A stretch of DNA of 64,000 bases from Bacillales bacterium UBA6120 (GTDB lineage: Bacteria > Bacillota_I > Bacilli_A > RFN20 > CAG-826), in NCBI GenBank assembly GCA_002422535.1, contig DIVY01000017.1, forward strand, positions 15,176 through 79,175, read 5' to 3'. Below the pieces are notes generated by a model. The model worked only from the letters and a program-made list of their open reading frames with translations. It was not told where the DNA came from and searched no databases. Positions 8,617 to 18,376 of the stretch are shown here, one piece after another (position 1 is the stretch's first letter; each line of letters starts with the position of its first letter). A program made the position numbers and the translations under genes.

Positions 8617-9600
8617 ATGGATATTTTACTTATCATTTTAGGAGTACTCGTCTTAATACAAATTGGCATTTTGCTACTGCTGTTTTTGAGTTTCAACCAC
8701 CGGGGCGATAACGATAAGAACTTAAAGTATTTCACCCATGAGGACTTTGATGATCTTGACGCCACATTAATTGAATTTCCTTCTAGGAAGCATACTTTAA
8801 GAGGATATATCTATCGTCCCAAGGGAGAGACGCCCCATCGCTTAATGGTGTTCAATATGGGCATTGGCGCGGGACATCATGCCTACATGCATGTAATTAG
8901 GGCGTTTGTATTACATGATTACACCGTGGTCGCTTATGACTATACGGGCTGCCAAATGTCAGATGGTAAACGCATGGGGGGATTACCTCAAGCGTTATTA
9001 GACTTCCAAGCGGTGATGGAATATATCGCTACTCGCGATGAGTTAAAGTCATTGCCAATTGACGTCGTGGGTCATAGTTGGGGTGGCTATGTAACTGGTA
9101 TTGCGCCTCGATTAGCCAAGAATATTCGAAAAGTCATCTCGATGTCAGGCTTCAATCGTGTGCCTGAAGTCATCGCAAGCAATCGTCCCATGTTAAAAGT
9201 CATGGGTCCCTTCGTTGATTTTGCCAATTACTTAATGTTTGGCCCAGTGGGCGTGTATGATATTGCTTCTTCAATTCGAGATACGAATATTCCCATGTTA
9301 TTTATCGCGGGCAGTCGCGATCCGTTTATTGATACGAACAAGCAAATTAATAAGTTCCAGCTATTAGCAAAAAACAAACCATTAATCGAATTTCACATCG
9401 AAGGCAAAAAGAACCATAATCCCTATCTTAGTGAAGCGGGCGAAGCTTACTTCATTGAAGTGTTAAAGAAGAAACGAGTGTTCGATAAAAAGAGGGAAAG
9501 CCCTGAAAGCCAGGAATTCTATAAAGCCATCAATTATGATCTCATCACTGAGAATGATGAAAATGTGTTTAAGGTGATGTTTGATTTTTTAGATAAGTGA
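8617..9600 (+). CDS. alpha/beta-hydrolase fold protein with N-terminal TM anchor
   Basis: Nucleophile elbow GHSWGG (GxSxG). Later Asp/His-containing segments are consistent with a catalytic triad. Confidence 0.65.
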   Translation: MDILLIILGVLVLIQIGILLLLFLSFNHRGDNDKNLKYFTHEDFDDLDATLIEFPSRKHTLRGYIYRPKGETPHRLMVFNMGIGAGHHAYMHVIRAFVLHDYTVVAYDYTGCQMSDGKRMGGLPQALLDFQAVMEYIATRDELKSLPIDVVGHSWGGYVTGIAPRLAKNIRKVISMSGFNRVPEVIASNRPMLKVMGPFVDFANYLMFGPVGVYDIASSIRDTNIPMLFIAGSRDPFIDTNKQINKFQLLAKNKPLIEFHIEGKKNHNPYLSEAGEAYFIEVLKKKRVFDKKRESPESQEFYKAINYDLITENDENVFKVMFDFLDK

Positions 9601-9613
9601 TGAGGTAAGTGAT

Positions 9614-10408
9614 ATGACTAATTTACAAATCGCCATCTTTGGAGTCGCCTTAATATTTGTGATGACCGTTGCCGGTTCAGTCATGGTGTACTTCTTTAAA
9701 AACACCATTAATGAGAAGTTTAATAAGATATTCTTGGGCTTTGCCGCTGGGGTAATGATTGCCGCGAGTGTCTGGTCATTATTAATTCCGGCGATTGACA
9801 TGTCAAATAATCAAGGTTTGGCCGGCTGGATTCCCGCCGCGGTTGGCTTTGTCGCTGGTGGCCTAGTGTTACTAGGAATCGATAAGTTAGTGCCGCACTT
9901 CCACGTCGAAGGGCATGTTGAAGAAGGCTTACCTTCAAAGCTATCAATGAGTTCTAAGCTATTTCTGGCGATGACGATTCATAATATCCCTGAAGGTTTA
10001 GCGGTTGGCTTCGCCTTTGGTGCCGCTTTTTTAAGTGGCGAGCGAGCGATGTTTCTCGCGGCGTTAGGTCTTGCGATTGGGATTGGTTTACAAAACTTTC
10101 CCGAAGGGGCGGCTGTTGTCTTACCTTTGAAGAAGGAATATGGCAATACCAATCAAGCGTTTGGCATGGGTGTTATCAGCGCCGTAGTGGAACCGATTGC
10201 CGCAATTATTGGCATCTTGCTCGCCTATTATGGAGCGGGGGGTATCATGATGCCGTGGTTACTCGCGTTTGCTGCGGGCATGATGATTTATGTCACCGTG
10301 GAAGAATTAATTCCAGAAGCTCATCTTGGTGAGCATAGCGACTTTGGTACCTGGGGTTTAATGATCGGATTTATGGTAATGATGATTCTTGATGTTGCTC
10401 TTGGATGA
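9614..10408 (+). CDS. zupT: ZIP-family divalent metal transporter
   Basis: HNIPEGLAVG ZIP signature, a His-rich loop HFHVEGHVEEG, and 8 predicted TMs. Confidence 0.8.
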   Translation: MTNLQIAIFGVALIFVMTVAGSVMVYFFKNTINEKFNKIFLGFAAGVMIAASVWSLLIPAIDMSNNQGLAGWIPAAVGFVAGGLVLLGIDKLVPHFHVEGHVEEGLPSKLSMSSKLFLAMTIHNIPEGLAVGFAFGAAFLSGERAMFLAALGLAIGIGLQNFPEGAAVVLPLKKEYGNTNQAFGMGVISAVVEPIAAIIGILLAYYGAGGIMMPWLLAFAAGMMIYVTVEELIPEAHLGEHSDFGTWGLMIGFMVMMILDVALG

Positions 10409-11256
10409 AAAAATTATCTAAACAATTAATTATAGTTACTGTTTGTATCGCCATGATCCCAGCGACGCTTTTCGTATTTGATAGTAATAAGCTACAAACG
10501 ACAAGGTATGATATTTATAGCGAGAAACTTCCTGGATCATTCGATGGTTTTAAAATAGTGCAAGTCTCCGACTTCCATAATGAAGCGATTGAATATCCTA
10601 ACGTCAATATCATCGATGCCATCAATCAAGAAGATCCCGATGTCATCGTTCTTACCGGTGACTTTATTGATGAATACACGAAAAATCTTACCAAGATTGA
10701 AGCTTTTCTATCAGGATTGGCTGATTATGTCATCCTTTATGAAAATGGCAATCATGATATCCGTGCAGACTTGTATGATGAATTTAGGCTGATGCTGGCG
10801 ACTTACGGCGGTATCGACATCAGCGGTGACCGTTATACATTCAATAATGGCGAAGATCAACTAGCTTTCATCGGTGTCGACCAAACGTTTGTCGATGATA
10901 AATGGGGTCCCTTTACCATCAATATTGATCCCGTATTATATCCGCACATCCATCCCTTACTAGATGAAGCCGATGATTTTAGAATATTGTCTTCGCACCA
11001 TCCGGATTTTTATCATGAAGCCGCCTCGCTTGGATTTGATGTGATGCTATCGGGCCACTACCATGGCGGGCACATCCGTTTGCTCGATTGGAGCCCCATC
11101 AATTGGATTGATAAAACGTATGACGGTGGTCACTTTAAGAGTGAAGATATGAATTTAATCGTTTCCAGGGGTGCCGGAAGTGGTTTTTTTCCGATTCGCA
11201 TTAATGCCGATGCGGAAATTGTATCGTTAACCCTCAAACATGGCACCATTGTTTGA
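10405..11256 (+). CDS. calcineurin-like metallophosphoesterase (YkuE-like) with N-terminal TM
   Basis: Motifs LTGDFID, ENGNHD and LSGHYHGGH. The start overlaps the zupT stop (ATGA). Confidence 0.75.
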   Translation: MKKLSKQLIIVTVCIAMIPATLFVFDSNKLQTTRYDIYSEKLPGSFDGFKIVQVSDFHNEAIEYPNVNIIDAINQEDPDVIVLTGDFIDEYTKNLTKIEAFLSGLADYVILYENGNHDIRADLYDEFRLMLATYGGIDISGDRYTFNNGEDQLAFIGVDQTFVDDKWGPFTINIDPVLYPHIHPLLDEADDFRILSSHHPDFYHEAASLGFDVMLSGHYHGGHIRLLDWSPINWIDKTYDGGHFKSEDMNLIVSRGAGSGFFPIRINADAEIVSLTLKHGTIV

Positions 11257-11268
11257 TACAATGGCTCT

Positions 11269-13281
11269 ATGAAGAATAACAAGTTATTCAATCATAAGAA
11301 TCAGGGCAAGTTATTACTAGCCGGCATCTCCTTAGTGGTCCCCGCCATTTTCTTGCTTTTAACCATGAATGACTATGAATATGCTGCCACCGATGCCAGG
11401 ACCGAATCGTTCCATAGCGATATCGAAGTGTTACCTAATGGCGATGTGCAGTTTGCCGAATCGCGCGTCCGTTATTTAAATTACCGGACGATGGAACAGT
11501 CGCTATATTTTGGGGCCGATGATGAAGATGTCTCTTCACTAACACATCAACCAGTATTTGATACAACCACGTTTGCAAACCGCGTTTATGACGAGAATGA
11601 TAATTTGCTGATAGAAGGCGATGGGACCACATTTGTCAATTTAAATTATGGGAGTGAACGCTTATACCTCACTTATTCGTGGCTTGATAACGCCGTTAAC
11701 GAGCTGGGCCAACCTTTTGAAACTGTCGATAACCAATCGGTCAACGTATTGCATCATCACTCCGCAAAATGGGGTAAAGCGCGTTTTGAATATGATTATT
11801 TGATTAAAGGCGTCGCTTTAAAATATTCAGATACCGGCGAGTTCTATTGGACTGTCGCGGCCACCGACTTTATGAAGACCGAAAACGTCACCATATCGAT
11901 TACGCTTCCCGGCATCAATTATCAAGCAAGCGATGTTAAAGCCTATGCCTTTGGGGCGAATAAAGCCAAAGTAGAAAGCATTGAGAAAAATGAGGATGGA
12001 CAAGTTGTTGTTAAATTATCAGCGTCACGCCTATATCCTGATGAAGCGTTAATCACCCGTGTTAACTTCCCGATGTATGCGCTTAGCATTCCTAATAACC
12101 TATACGGCAATATCGTGCATTCGGCGGGACATTTACATAACGTAGCGATTTATCAATCACAATATGAATTGCCACGCACTATCTATCGAATCGCCGACCT
12201 CGTGGCTTTTATCGTTTTAGGAGTGGCAGTTGTCTATGCCCTCGCGCTCGTTTTTATCATCTTTGTTAAATATGATAAAGAACGAACTTCATCGTTTTTT
12301 GGAGAATATTATCGAGAACTTCCCGCTGAATATCCTCCAGCAATAATGGGCTACTTATATCGCTTTAAAGAAGTTACTAAAGATGATGTAAGTGCCACTT
12401 TGATGGATTTAATCAGGCGTGGTTTTATCGACGTCGATCTCAATAACCAATCATTAACGGATGCGAAAGCCGATTATATCCTTATCTATCACCGCGAGAA
12501 AAACACTAGTGACCTGTTACCGCACGAAAAACAATTATTAAGATGGTTCTTCGATCTAGTGGGAGCGGGCAAAGATACGTTATCGCTTGCACAACTAGCA
12601 AAATATACTTCCAAAGAACAAAGCGCGATTAAATACCTAGCTGCCAATGACGACTTCATTCGCGCGGTGGATGCGACAGCATCGGCCAAGGGTTTCTTTG
12701 ATAATGTGTTTGAGGCTTGGAACAAAGGGCGCCATATGACCGTGACATTAATCGTTTTCTCAATCATATTCATCGTCACGAAGCTACTAGGTTTTGGCAC
12801 CTTCACGATGATAATTGGGGGCATTCTGCTGGCGTTATCGCTTGTGCTATCCGCTTATTTTGGTTCGATTTTACGAAGGTCGAAGCAAGGTCATGAAGAC
12901 TTTGTGCGCTGGGCAGCATTTGAAAAGTTCTTGAAGGAATTTCCCAATCTCAAAGATTATCCCATTCCAGGCATTGCTGTGTGGGAACATTATATGGTGT
13001 ATGCCGTATCATTTGGCATCGCCGATTTAGTGGAGAAGCAGCTCCGCTTTAAGTTTACAGAACTAGGGGCATCTAAAGAGTTAGAAAGTTCGATGCTCTT
13101 TAGGTATCCAGGTTTCCATTATTATTACTGGTATGGCATTAATCGTAGCTTTGTAGCGGCCTCCCAAACGATTAAAGTGGCGCAGCAACAACGCAATTCG
13201 GCGCGGGGCGGTGGCGGTCGCTTTGGCGGTGGGGGCGGCGGTTTCACCGGTGGGGGCGGAAGTGGCGTCTCTTTACGGTAA
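11269..13281 (+). CDS. DUF2207-family membrane protein with Gly-rich C-terminal tail
   Basis: N-terminal TM, a large extracytoplasmic domain, internal TMs, and a terminal RGGGGRFGGGGGGFTGGGGSG tail typical of DUF2207. It is adjacent to LemA. Confidence 0.6.
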   Translation: MKNNKLFNHKNQGKLLLAGISLVVPAIFLLLTMNDYEYAATDARTESFHSDIEVLPNGDVQFAESRVRYLNYRTMEQSLYFGADDEDVSSLTHQPVFDTTTFANRVYDENDNLLIEGDGTTFVNLNYGSERLYLTYSWLDNAVNELGQPFETVDNQSVNVLHHHSAKWGKARFEYDYLIKGVALKYSDTGEFYWTVAATDFMKTENVTISITLPGINYQASDVKAYAFGANKAKVESIEKNEDGQVVVKLSASRLYPDEALITRVNFPMYALSIPNNLYGNIVHSAGHLHNVAIYQSQYELPRTIYRIADLVAFIVLGVAVVYALALVFIIFVKYDKERTSSFFGEYYRELPAEYPPAIMGYLYRFKEVTKDDVSATLMDLIRRGFIDVDLNNQSLTDAKADYILIYHREKNTSDLLPHEKQLLRWFFDLVGAGKDTLSLAQLAKYTSKEQSAIKYLAANDDFIRAVDATASAKGFFDNVFEAWNKGRHMTVTLIVFSIIFIVTKLLGFGTFTMIIGGILLALSLVLSAYFGSILRRSKQGHEDFVRWAAFEKFLKEFPNLKDYPIPGIAVWEHYMVYAVSFGIADLVEKQLRFKFTELGASKELESSMLFRYPGFHYYYWYGINRSFVAASQTIKVAQQQRNSARGGGGRFGGGGGGFTGGGGSGVSLR

Positions 13282-13350
13282 ATGGCGAGAAGTGTTAATT
13301 TATAAAGCAATTGATGATAATATAATTAAGTCAATTAAAGGAGTAACAAT

Positions 13351-13938
13351 ATGGTTATCTTAACAGTCGGACAAATAATCGGTTGGTCGATCTTCGCACT
13401 CGTCATCATCCTGATTATTGTATTAGCCTTTTGGGTTGTGGCTACCTATAACAAACTGGTGATGGGCCGTAATAAGGTCAAGAATTCGTGGGCCCAAATC
13501 GAAGTGCAGTTAAAACGCCGCTTTGATTTGATTCCAAATCTAGTGGAAACCGTGAAAGGGTTTGCGAAACAAGAAAAAGACATCTTCCTAGAATTTGCTA
13601 AAGCGCGCAAGATGTTTACGGAAGCGTCGGCCACCGGCAACATCGAAGATATGTCCAAGGCCAATAACTTACTATCAAAATCCATCGCCTTGGTCGTCGA
13701 ACAATATCCGCAGTTAAAAAGCGATCAATCATTTTTGAAAATGCAAGATACGCTGCAAGACACCGAAAACAAGATTGCTTTCTCACGGCAATTTTATAAT
13801 GATGTGGTATTAAGCTTTAATAACAAGCGCGAAGTATTCCCCGCCAATATCGTCGCCAGCATGTTCAAGTTTAGCGAAGCTCACTTATTCAAACTTGAAG
13901 AAGAGGCGGACAAAGAAGTTCCTAAAGTTAGCTTTTAG
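13351..13938 (+). CDS. lemA: LemA-family protein
   Basis: N-terminal TM and the conserved LemA core (VEQYPQLKSDQSFLKMQDTL...FYNDVV...FPANIVA). Confidence 0.8.
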   Translation: MVILTVGQIIGWSIFALVIILIIVLAFWVVATYNKLVMGRNKVKNSWAQIEVQLKRRFDLIPNLVETVKGFAKQEKDIFLEFAKARKMFTEASATGNIEDMSKANNLLSKSIALVVEQYPQLKSDQSFLKMQDTLQDTENKIAFSRQFYNDVVLSFNNKREVFPANIVASMFKFSEAHLFKLEEEADKEVPKVSF

Positions 13939-14027
13939 AAGAAATTTATTCAAATTCTATATTTTAAATTTCAAAGAAGTGATTTTAAAAGAAAAGCGAT
14001 CAGCCATACTCTAAAATCGTAAGAAGA

Positions 14028-14058
14028 AAGCCGTGAGAACGAATACCATGGCTTTTTT
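14028..14058 (+). terminator. rho-independent terminator after lemA
   Basis: AAGCCGTG / CATGGCTT stem (8 bp, one G-U pair) followed by TTTTTT. Confidence 0.6.
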
Positions 14059-14263
14059 GATATTTTTATGCTCTTAAATTAACTCTTTTGGCAAAAAAAA
14101 TAAGTGTAAACAATCCTGACAAGATAATCAATATTTAACGTTAATTTTATCAGAACTTCGTCGCTTTACTATTAAAATGTCATAAATAATAAACAATGTA
14201 CTTGAAAAATATATGACAAATGATAGATAATTATAGTGTAGTAAAAGGGAGGAACTTTTATTT

Positions 14264-14620
14264 ATGTTAAGCGGGGAAAAAGTTCAATACTTAAGGAAAA
14301 AAATGGGTTTATCACAAGAACAACTTGCTGATTACCTCAATGTTGATCAAAGTTTAATTTCATTGATTGAAAACGAAAACCGTAATTTTAGCATTGATAT
14401 GGCGGAAAAAATGTCTAAATTAGCGGGAATACATCCTGCCCAATTTTTTACGGACGATGTTCTTGATTTATCTGATGCAATTGCTCTAGATTTTCGCTCC
14501 ACGCCGTTTAGTAATGATGATTTGCTGATGATTGCCGAAGTTAACAATATCGTTGAAAATCTCCGTTGGATGAATCAAACAATTTCACTTAATGGTCAAA
14601 CCAAAAATGAAGAAATCTGA
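14264..14620 (+). CDS. XRE-family helix-turn-helix transcriptional regulator
   Basis: HTH_3 signature LRKKMGLSQEQLADYLNVDQSLISLIENENR. RBS AGGGAGG. Confidence 0.85.
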   Translation: MLSGEKVQYLRKKMGLSQEQLADYLNVDQSLISLIENENRNFSIDMAEKMSKLAGIHPAQFFTDDVLDLSDAIALDFRSTPFSNDDLLMIAEVNNIVENLRWMNQTISLNGQTKNEEI

Positions 14621-15350
14621 AATCAGAGAAAGACTAGCGATTGAAGCTAATAGAAAAAGAAAGGAATTGGGAATCGATCGAACCCCCGATTTCGACATCG
14701 TCAAAGCATTGATCAATTATAAAAAATTTACGATTGTTATTGCTCCACTTGGTCCCAATACTTCGGGAATTTGCTACAAAAATGAACATGTCATTGTTGT
14801 CAACATGAACCAAACCTTGGGACGTGCTCGCTTTACAATAGCGCACGAACTTTATCACTACTTTTATGGAAAAAAAGGAACAGATTATATTTCGCCGACT
14901 AGTTATAATCCGAGTAAGTCAATCGAAGAGTATGAAGCGGATATCTTCGCATCATATTTTTTAGCTCCCCGGGATGATTTTTTCCAGTTTATTTTTGAAG
15001 AAATACGAAAAAGCACGAAATTTAAATTGGTCGATATTTTGAAGATTGAACAGCATTTTATGATGAGTCGTAAATCAACTTTAATAAGGCTGAAAGATGA
15101 TGGTTTTATCGGCGATTATGAGTTTTCAATGTATGAAAATGGAGCGATCATGCAAGCAAAAACGAATGGCTATCAGGATTCGCTATATCGCCAGTGGTGT
15201 GCTGAACCAACCACTTTAGGATATTATCTAAATGCCACTAAATCGCTTTATGAACAGAATTTAATCTCGAAATCAAAACATGATGAGTTACTAATAGAAG
15301 CTTTTCGTACGGATATCGTTTTTAAAGAAAATGGCGTGATTAATGACTGA
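14592..15350 (+). CDS. ImmA/IrrE-family Zn metallopeptidase (anti-repressor-type protease); start may be the ATG at 14607
   Basis: HEXXH motif in FTIAHELYHYF. It overlaps the upstream XRE gene, the classic XRE plus ImmA pairing. Confidence 0.8.
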   Translation: MVKPKMKKSEIRERLAIEANRKRKELGIDRTPDFDIVKALINYKKFTIVIAPLGPNTSGICYKNEHVIVVNMNQTLGRARFTIAHELYHYFYGKKGTDYISPTSYNPSKSIEEYEADIFASYFLAPRDDFFQFIFEEIRKSTKFKLVDILKIEQHFMMSRKSTLIRLKDDGFIGDYEFSMYENGAIMQAKTNGYQDSLYRQWCAEPTTLGYYLNATKSLYEQNLISKSKHDELLIEAFRTDIVFKENGVIND

Positions 15351-15870
15351 CAGACTTGCCAATCATTATTTTGACGCGGATATTCTTTTGAATTTTTTTA
15401 GAATTCATCAAGAAAAAATCATCATAGGTTAAATAAATAACCGGTTTATTACCGAGCAGGTTTATAAAGAGTTTTTATCTTTGTGTAAGTATAGAATGGG
15501 TGCCGAAGTTGGCAACAGGTTAACTTTTTTAGTTGAAGATGGGAGGTATAAACTCGTAAATAAAAACAATTTTTCAATTCCCGAGTACCTTTATTACCAA
15601 TCATTGCTTGATCCGCAGATAGGTCGATAAGCCATCGGCAAAGGAGAAGCCTCTATTATCACGATGGTTAAATTTCGCAAAGGAATAATTGTTAGCAGCA
15701 ATTTTGCCGATGTCGCCGATTATGCACAGCAGTTGGGACTTGCTCATATAGGAACGATCGATATATTAAAAATGGCTTTTCAAAAAGGACTAATAACAAG
15801 TGAACAAGCTTTACGTATTCATTCAATGATGATTAAAATAGGGGCAAAATTGCCTCCTCTAATTTTATAA
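15343..15870 (+). pseudogene. DUF3368/COG2405 PIN-like (toxin-like) gene with two in-frame TAA codons at 15430 and 15628
   Basis: A single frame reads MTDRLANHYFDADILLNFF...*...ITEQVYKEFL...*AIGKGEASIIT...VADYAQQLGLAHIGTIDILKMAFQKGLITSEQALRI. This matches the DxGEAEAIALA...RKVAKxLGLxVxGTLGIL core of DUF3368 PIN-like proteins. Its ATG overlaps the ImmA stop (ATGACTGA). Confidence 0.55.
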
Positions 15871-15875
15871 TTGAA

Positions 15876-16451
15876 TTGCAATTTGCTAGCTTCATTTATG
15901 ATACAATTTGGTTTATGGAAAAACGCATCTTTAAAAATGAAACTAGTTTCTTCGGCAAACTAGAAACATTAATCCGCACCCTATGGGAAAAATCCTTCAT
16001 CCGTTTCGTAGTCGTCGGTGGTTTTAACACATTACTTGGCATTATTGTCACTTATATTCTTCGTTATTCATTTGATGTATTGATTGGTTACAACCCTAAA
16101 TGGGATTTTGTGTTCCTATGGTTTTTGAATCTACAAATCGATATCCCAGGTCTTATTATGTTCGTGGCACTACTGCCAGTGTCATACACCACGCAAGCCA
16201 TTTGGGCGTTTCGCACCAAGTGGAGCTTGAAGCGGTTAGCAATTTACCCGCTATCTTCCATCCCTAACTTCATCTTGCAACAAGGTTTCATTTATTTATT
16301 TGAAATTGTGTTGGGCGTCAATCCTTATATCAGTTATGCCCTCGCCGCGATATTGCCAATCCCGATTATGTTTTTCATCATTCGCTTCCTTGTTAAGCCC
16401 AATAAAAAAGCGGAGCCAATCACCCCGCTTCAAGAAGAAGATAACGAGTAA
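15876..16451 (+). CDS. GtrA-family membrane protein
   Basis: FIRFVVVGGFNTLLGIIVTYIL GtrA signature and 4 TMs. Confidence 0.6.
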   Translation: MQFASFIYDTIWFMEKRIFKNETSFFGKLETLIRTLWEKSFIRFVVVGGFNTLLGIIVTYILRYSFDVLIGYNPKWDFVFLWFLNLQIDIPGLIMFVALLPVSYTTQAIWAFRTKWSLKRLAIYPLSSIPNFILQQGFIYLFEIVLGVNPYISYALAAILPIPIMFFIIRFLVKPNKKAEPITPLQEEDNE

Positions 16452-18374
16452 TTAATCAACGATTCCGGCGATTTGTGTTTCGTAGGTTTCGATTTGCTCT
16501 TCCACTTTTAGTTCGGCGAACTGATTCATATATAGATGGTGATAGGTGCCTTGGGCGGTGATTAATTCGCGGTGGGTGCCATCTTCGATAATTTTGCCAT
16601 TACTCATAACTAAGATGCGATCGCTATCGACGATGGTTGATAAGCGGTGGGCAATGATAATCGAAGTACGTCCCTTAAGGACATCCTTTATCGCTTTTTG
16701 AATGACAACTTCGGTTTCGGTATCAATGGAACTTGTGGCTTCATCAAGAATCATGATAACTGGATCTCTGACAATGGCGCGGGCAAAGGAAATGAGTTGC
16801 TTTTGGCCCACGGATAATTCCGAACCACCATCTTGGAGTTCGGTGTTATAGCCATTTGGCAGTGACATGATGAAATCATGAACATCGACAAGTTTGGCCG
16901 CATGGATGATCTCTTCATCGGTGGCATCAAGTTTTCCATAGGCAATATTTTTACGAATCGTGCCCGAGAAGATGAATGGCGATTGCTGCACATAGCCGAT
17001 GTTACTGCGTAACCATGAGACGGACCGTTCGCGGTAATCGACTCCATCGATTAATAATTGACCACTGGTGGGCTCATAAAAGCGACATAATAAATTAACC
17101 GTGGTTGATTTACCACTTCCGGTTTCTCCCACAATAGCGATGCTTTGACCAGCTTTAATCTTTAAATTCATATCGTGGATGATCTCGATATCTTTGAGAT
17201 ATGAAAAGTTGACATTCTTAAATTCGATATCACCCTTAATGGGTTCATAGTTTTCTTTTCGTTCATGGAAAAGCGTTCCATATTTAGCAATGACATCAGG
17301 ACGATCGACGATTTGCGGTTTCGTATCAATGAGCGACACAATCTTCTCGACCGACGATTGCGTTTGGACGATGTCGCCAAATAATTCCGCAAATTCCTGG
17401 AGCGGGTTAAAAATGGCGCGCACAAACCCGATATAGAGGGCAAATGTCGCCACGGTGATCGTGGTATCGGTTTTCATGAACATGCTGCCGAAGAAGATTA
17501 CGATGGCCGTGGTAAGTGACATAACGAAGACGACTGAAGGATGGAATAACGCTTGGAACTTCGTGCGTTTGAAGTTTTTATTACGGATATCGGTGACGAT
17601 TTCATCGGCTTCGGCTTGGACAGTCGTTTCGATGGCTAGTGTCTTAATGGTTTTGGCTCCGGCGATGGATTCGGCCAGCCAGGCCACATAACCGCTGAAG
17701 GCGTTACGGGCAATCCGACTTAACTTCAAAAGCACCATCTCAAAATAGGGGGCAATAATCATGATTAATGGTGAAGCCGCTAAGAGGATTAAAGCCATCT
17801 GCCAAGAGACCGTAAACATCGTAATTAAAGTAAGCACTAAATCAAAAACTAACCACACGACGCGGATAATGCCCCAAGAAATCATGTCGGCAATCTTGCT
17901 AGTATCGCTTTGGAGTCGGGCAATCAGCCAACCGGCCGAGGTCTTATCGAAATAGGAGAACGATAATTCCTGAACACGGCGGAAACCATCTTGGCGGATA
18001 TCAACATAGATGCTCATCTCAAGATAATTTGTGGCGAAGAAGGTTATGAAGATGCACAAGGATCGCAATAGAATGCCAATTAACAATGTGAGGCCATAGC
18101 CCCAGAAATCAACCGTGAAACGGATGCCGAAAATGAACTGCACATCGATGACCACGGCATCGAAGGGCAGGCCTTGGCTGAGGCGGATCGCTTCAATTGC
18201 CGCTTTGTTTAGTAGTGGCACGAAACTGGCGTCATGAAATGAAGTAAGAAGCATCGTAATTGCGAGTATCGCTAAAAGATACCAGCGCCTCAAGGCATAG
18301 CCGATGATTTTGCCCCACACGCCAAAGTGGACTTTAGTTTTGATTTGCTCTTCTTCGAATGCGAAACTAGCCAT
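16452..18374 (-). CDS. ABC exporter, fused permease-ATPase (heterodimer partner B)
   Basis: Six N-terminal TMs. Walker A GETGSGKST, signature LSVGQKQL, Walker B ILDEATS. Confidence 0.9.
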   Translation of the reverse strand: MASFAFEEEQIKTKVHFGVWGKIIGYALRRWYLLAILAITMLLTSFHDASFVPLLNKAAIEAIRLSQGLPFDAVVIDVQFIFGIRFTVDFWGYGLTLLIGILLRSLCIFITFFATNYLEMSIYVDIRQDGFRRVQELSFSYFDKTSAGWLIARLQSDTSKIADMISWGIIRVVWLVFDLVLTLITMFTVSWQMALILLAASPLIMIIAPYFEMVLLKLSRIARNAFSGYVAWLAESIAGAKTIKTLAIETTVQAEADEIVTDIRNKNFKRTKFQALFHPSVVFVMSLTTAIVIFFGSMFMKTDTTITVATFALYIGFVRAIFNPLQEFAELFGDIVQTQSSVEKIVSLIDTKPQIVDRPDVIAKYGTLFHERKENYEPIKGDIEFKNVNFSYLKDIEIIHDMNLKIKAGQSIAIVGETGSGKSTTVNLLCRFYEPTSGQLLIDGVDYRERSVSWLRSNIGYVQQSPFIFSGTIRKNIAYGKLDATDEEIIHAAKLVDVHDFIMSLPNGYNTELQDGGSELSVGQKQLISFARAIVRDPVIMILDEATSSIDTETEVVIQKAIKDVLKGRTSIIIAHRLSTIVDSDRILVMSNGKIIEDGTHRELITAQGTYHHLYMNQFAELKVEEQIETYETQIAGIVD

Positions 18375-18376
18375 CG

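Noticed and set aside
13125-13310. Minus-strand ORF encoding a poly-proline stretch (PPPPVKPPPPPPKRPPPP)
   Set aside because: It is the antisense mirror of the Gly-rich (GGN-codon) tail of the DUF2207 gene and is not a real gene.
5556-15870. In-frame TAA codons might reflect stop-codon reassignment or a non-standard genetic code
   Set aside because: Many conserved genes (recA, hup, the M28 peptidase, lemA) terminate at TAA at the expected length. Others end at TGA (nrdD, mnmG, mutL) or TAG. This indicates a standard table-11 code. The Mollicutes UGA=Trp code is also excluded.
17455-17955. Plus-strand ORFs of 78 aa and 64 aa inside the minus-strand ABC gene
   Set aside because: They are antisense artefacts within a strongly supported CDS.
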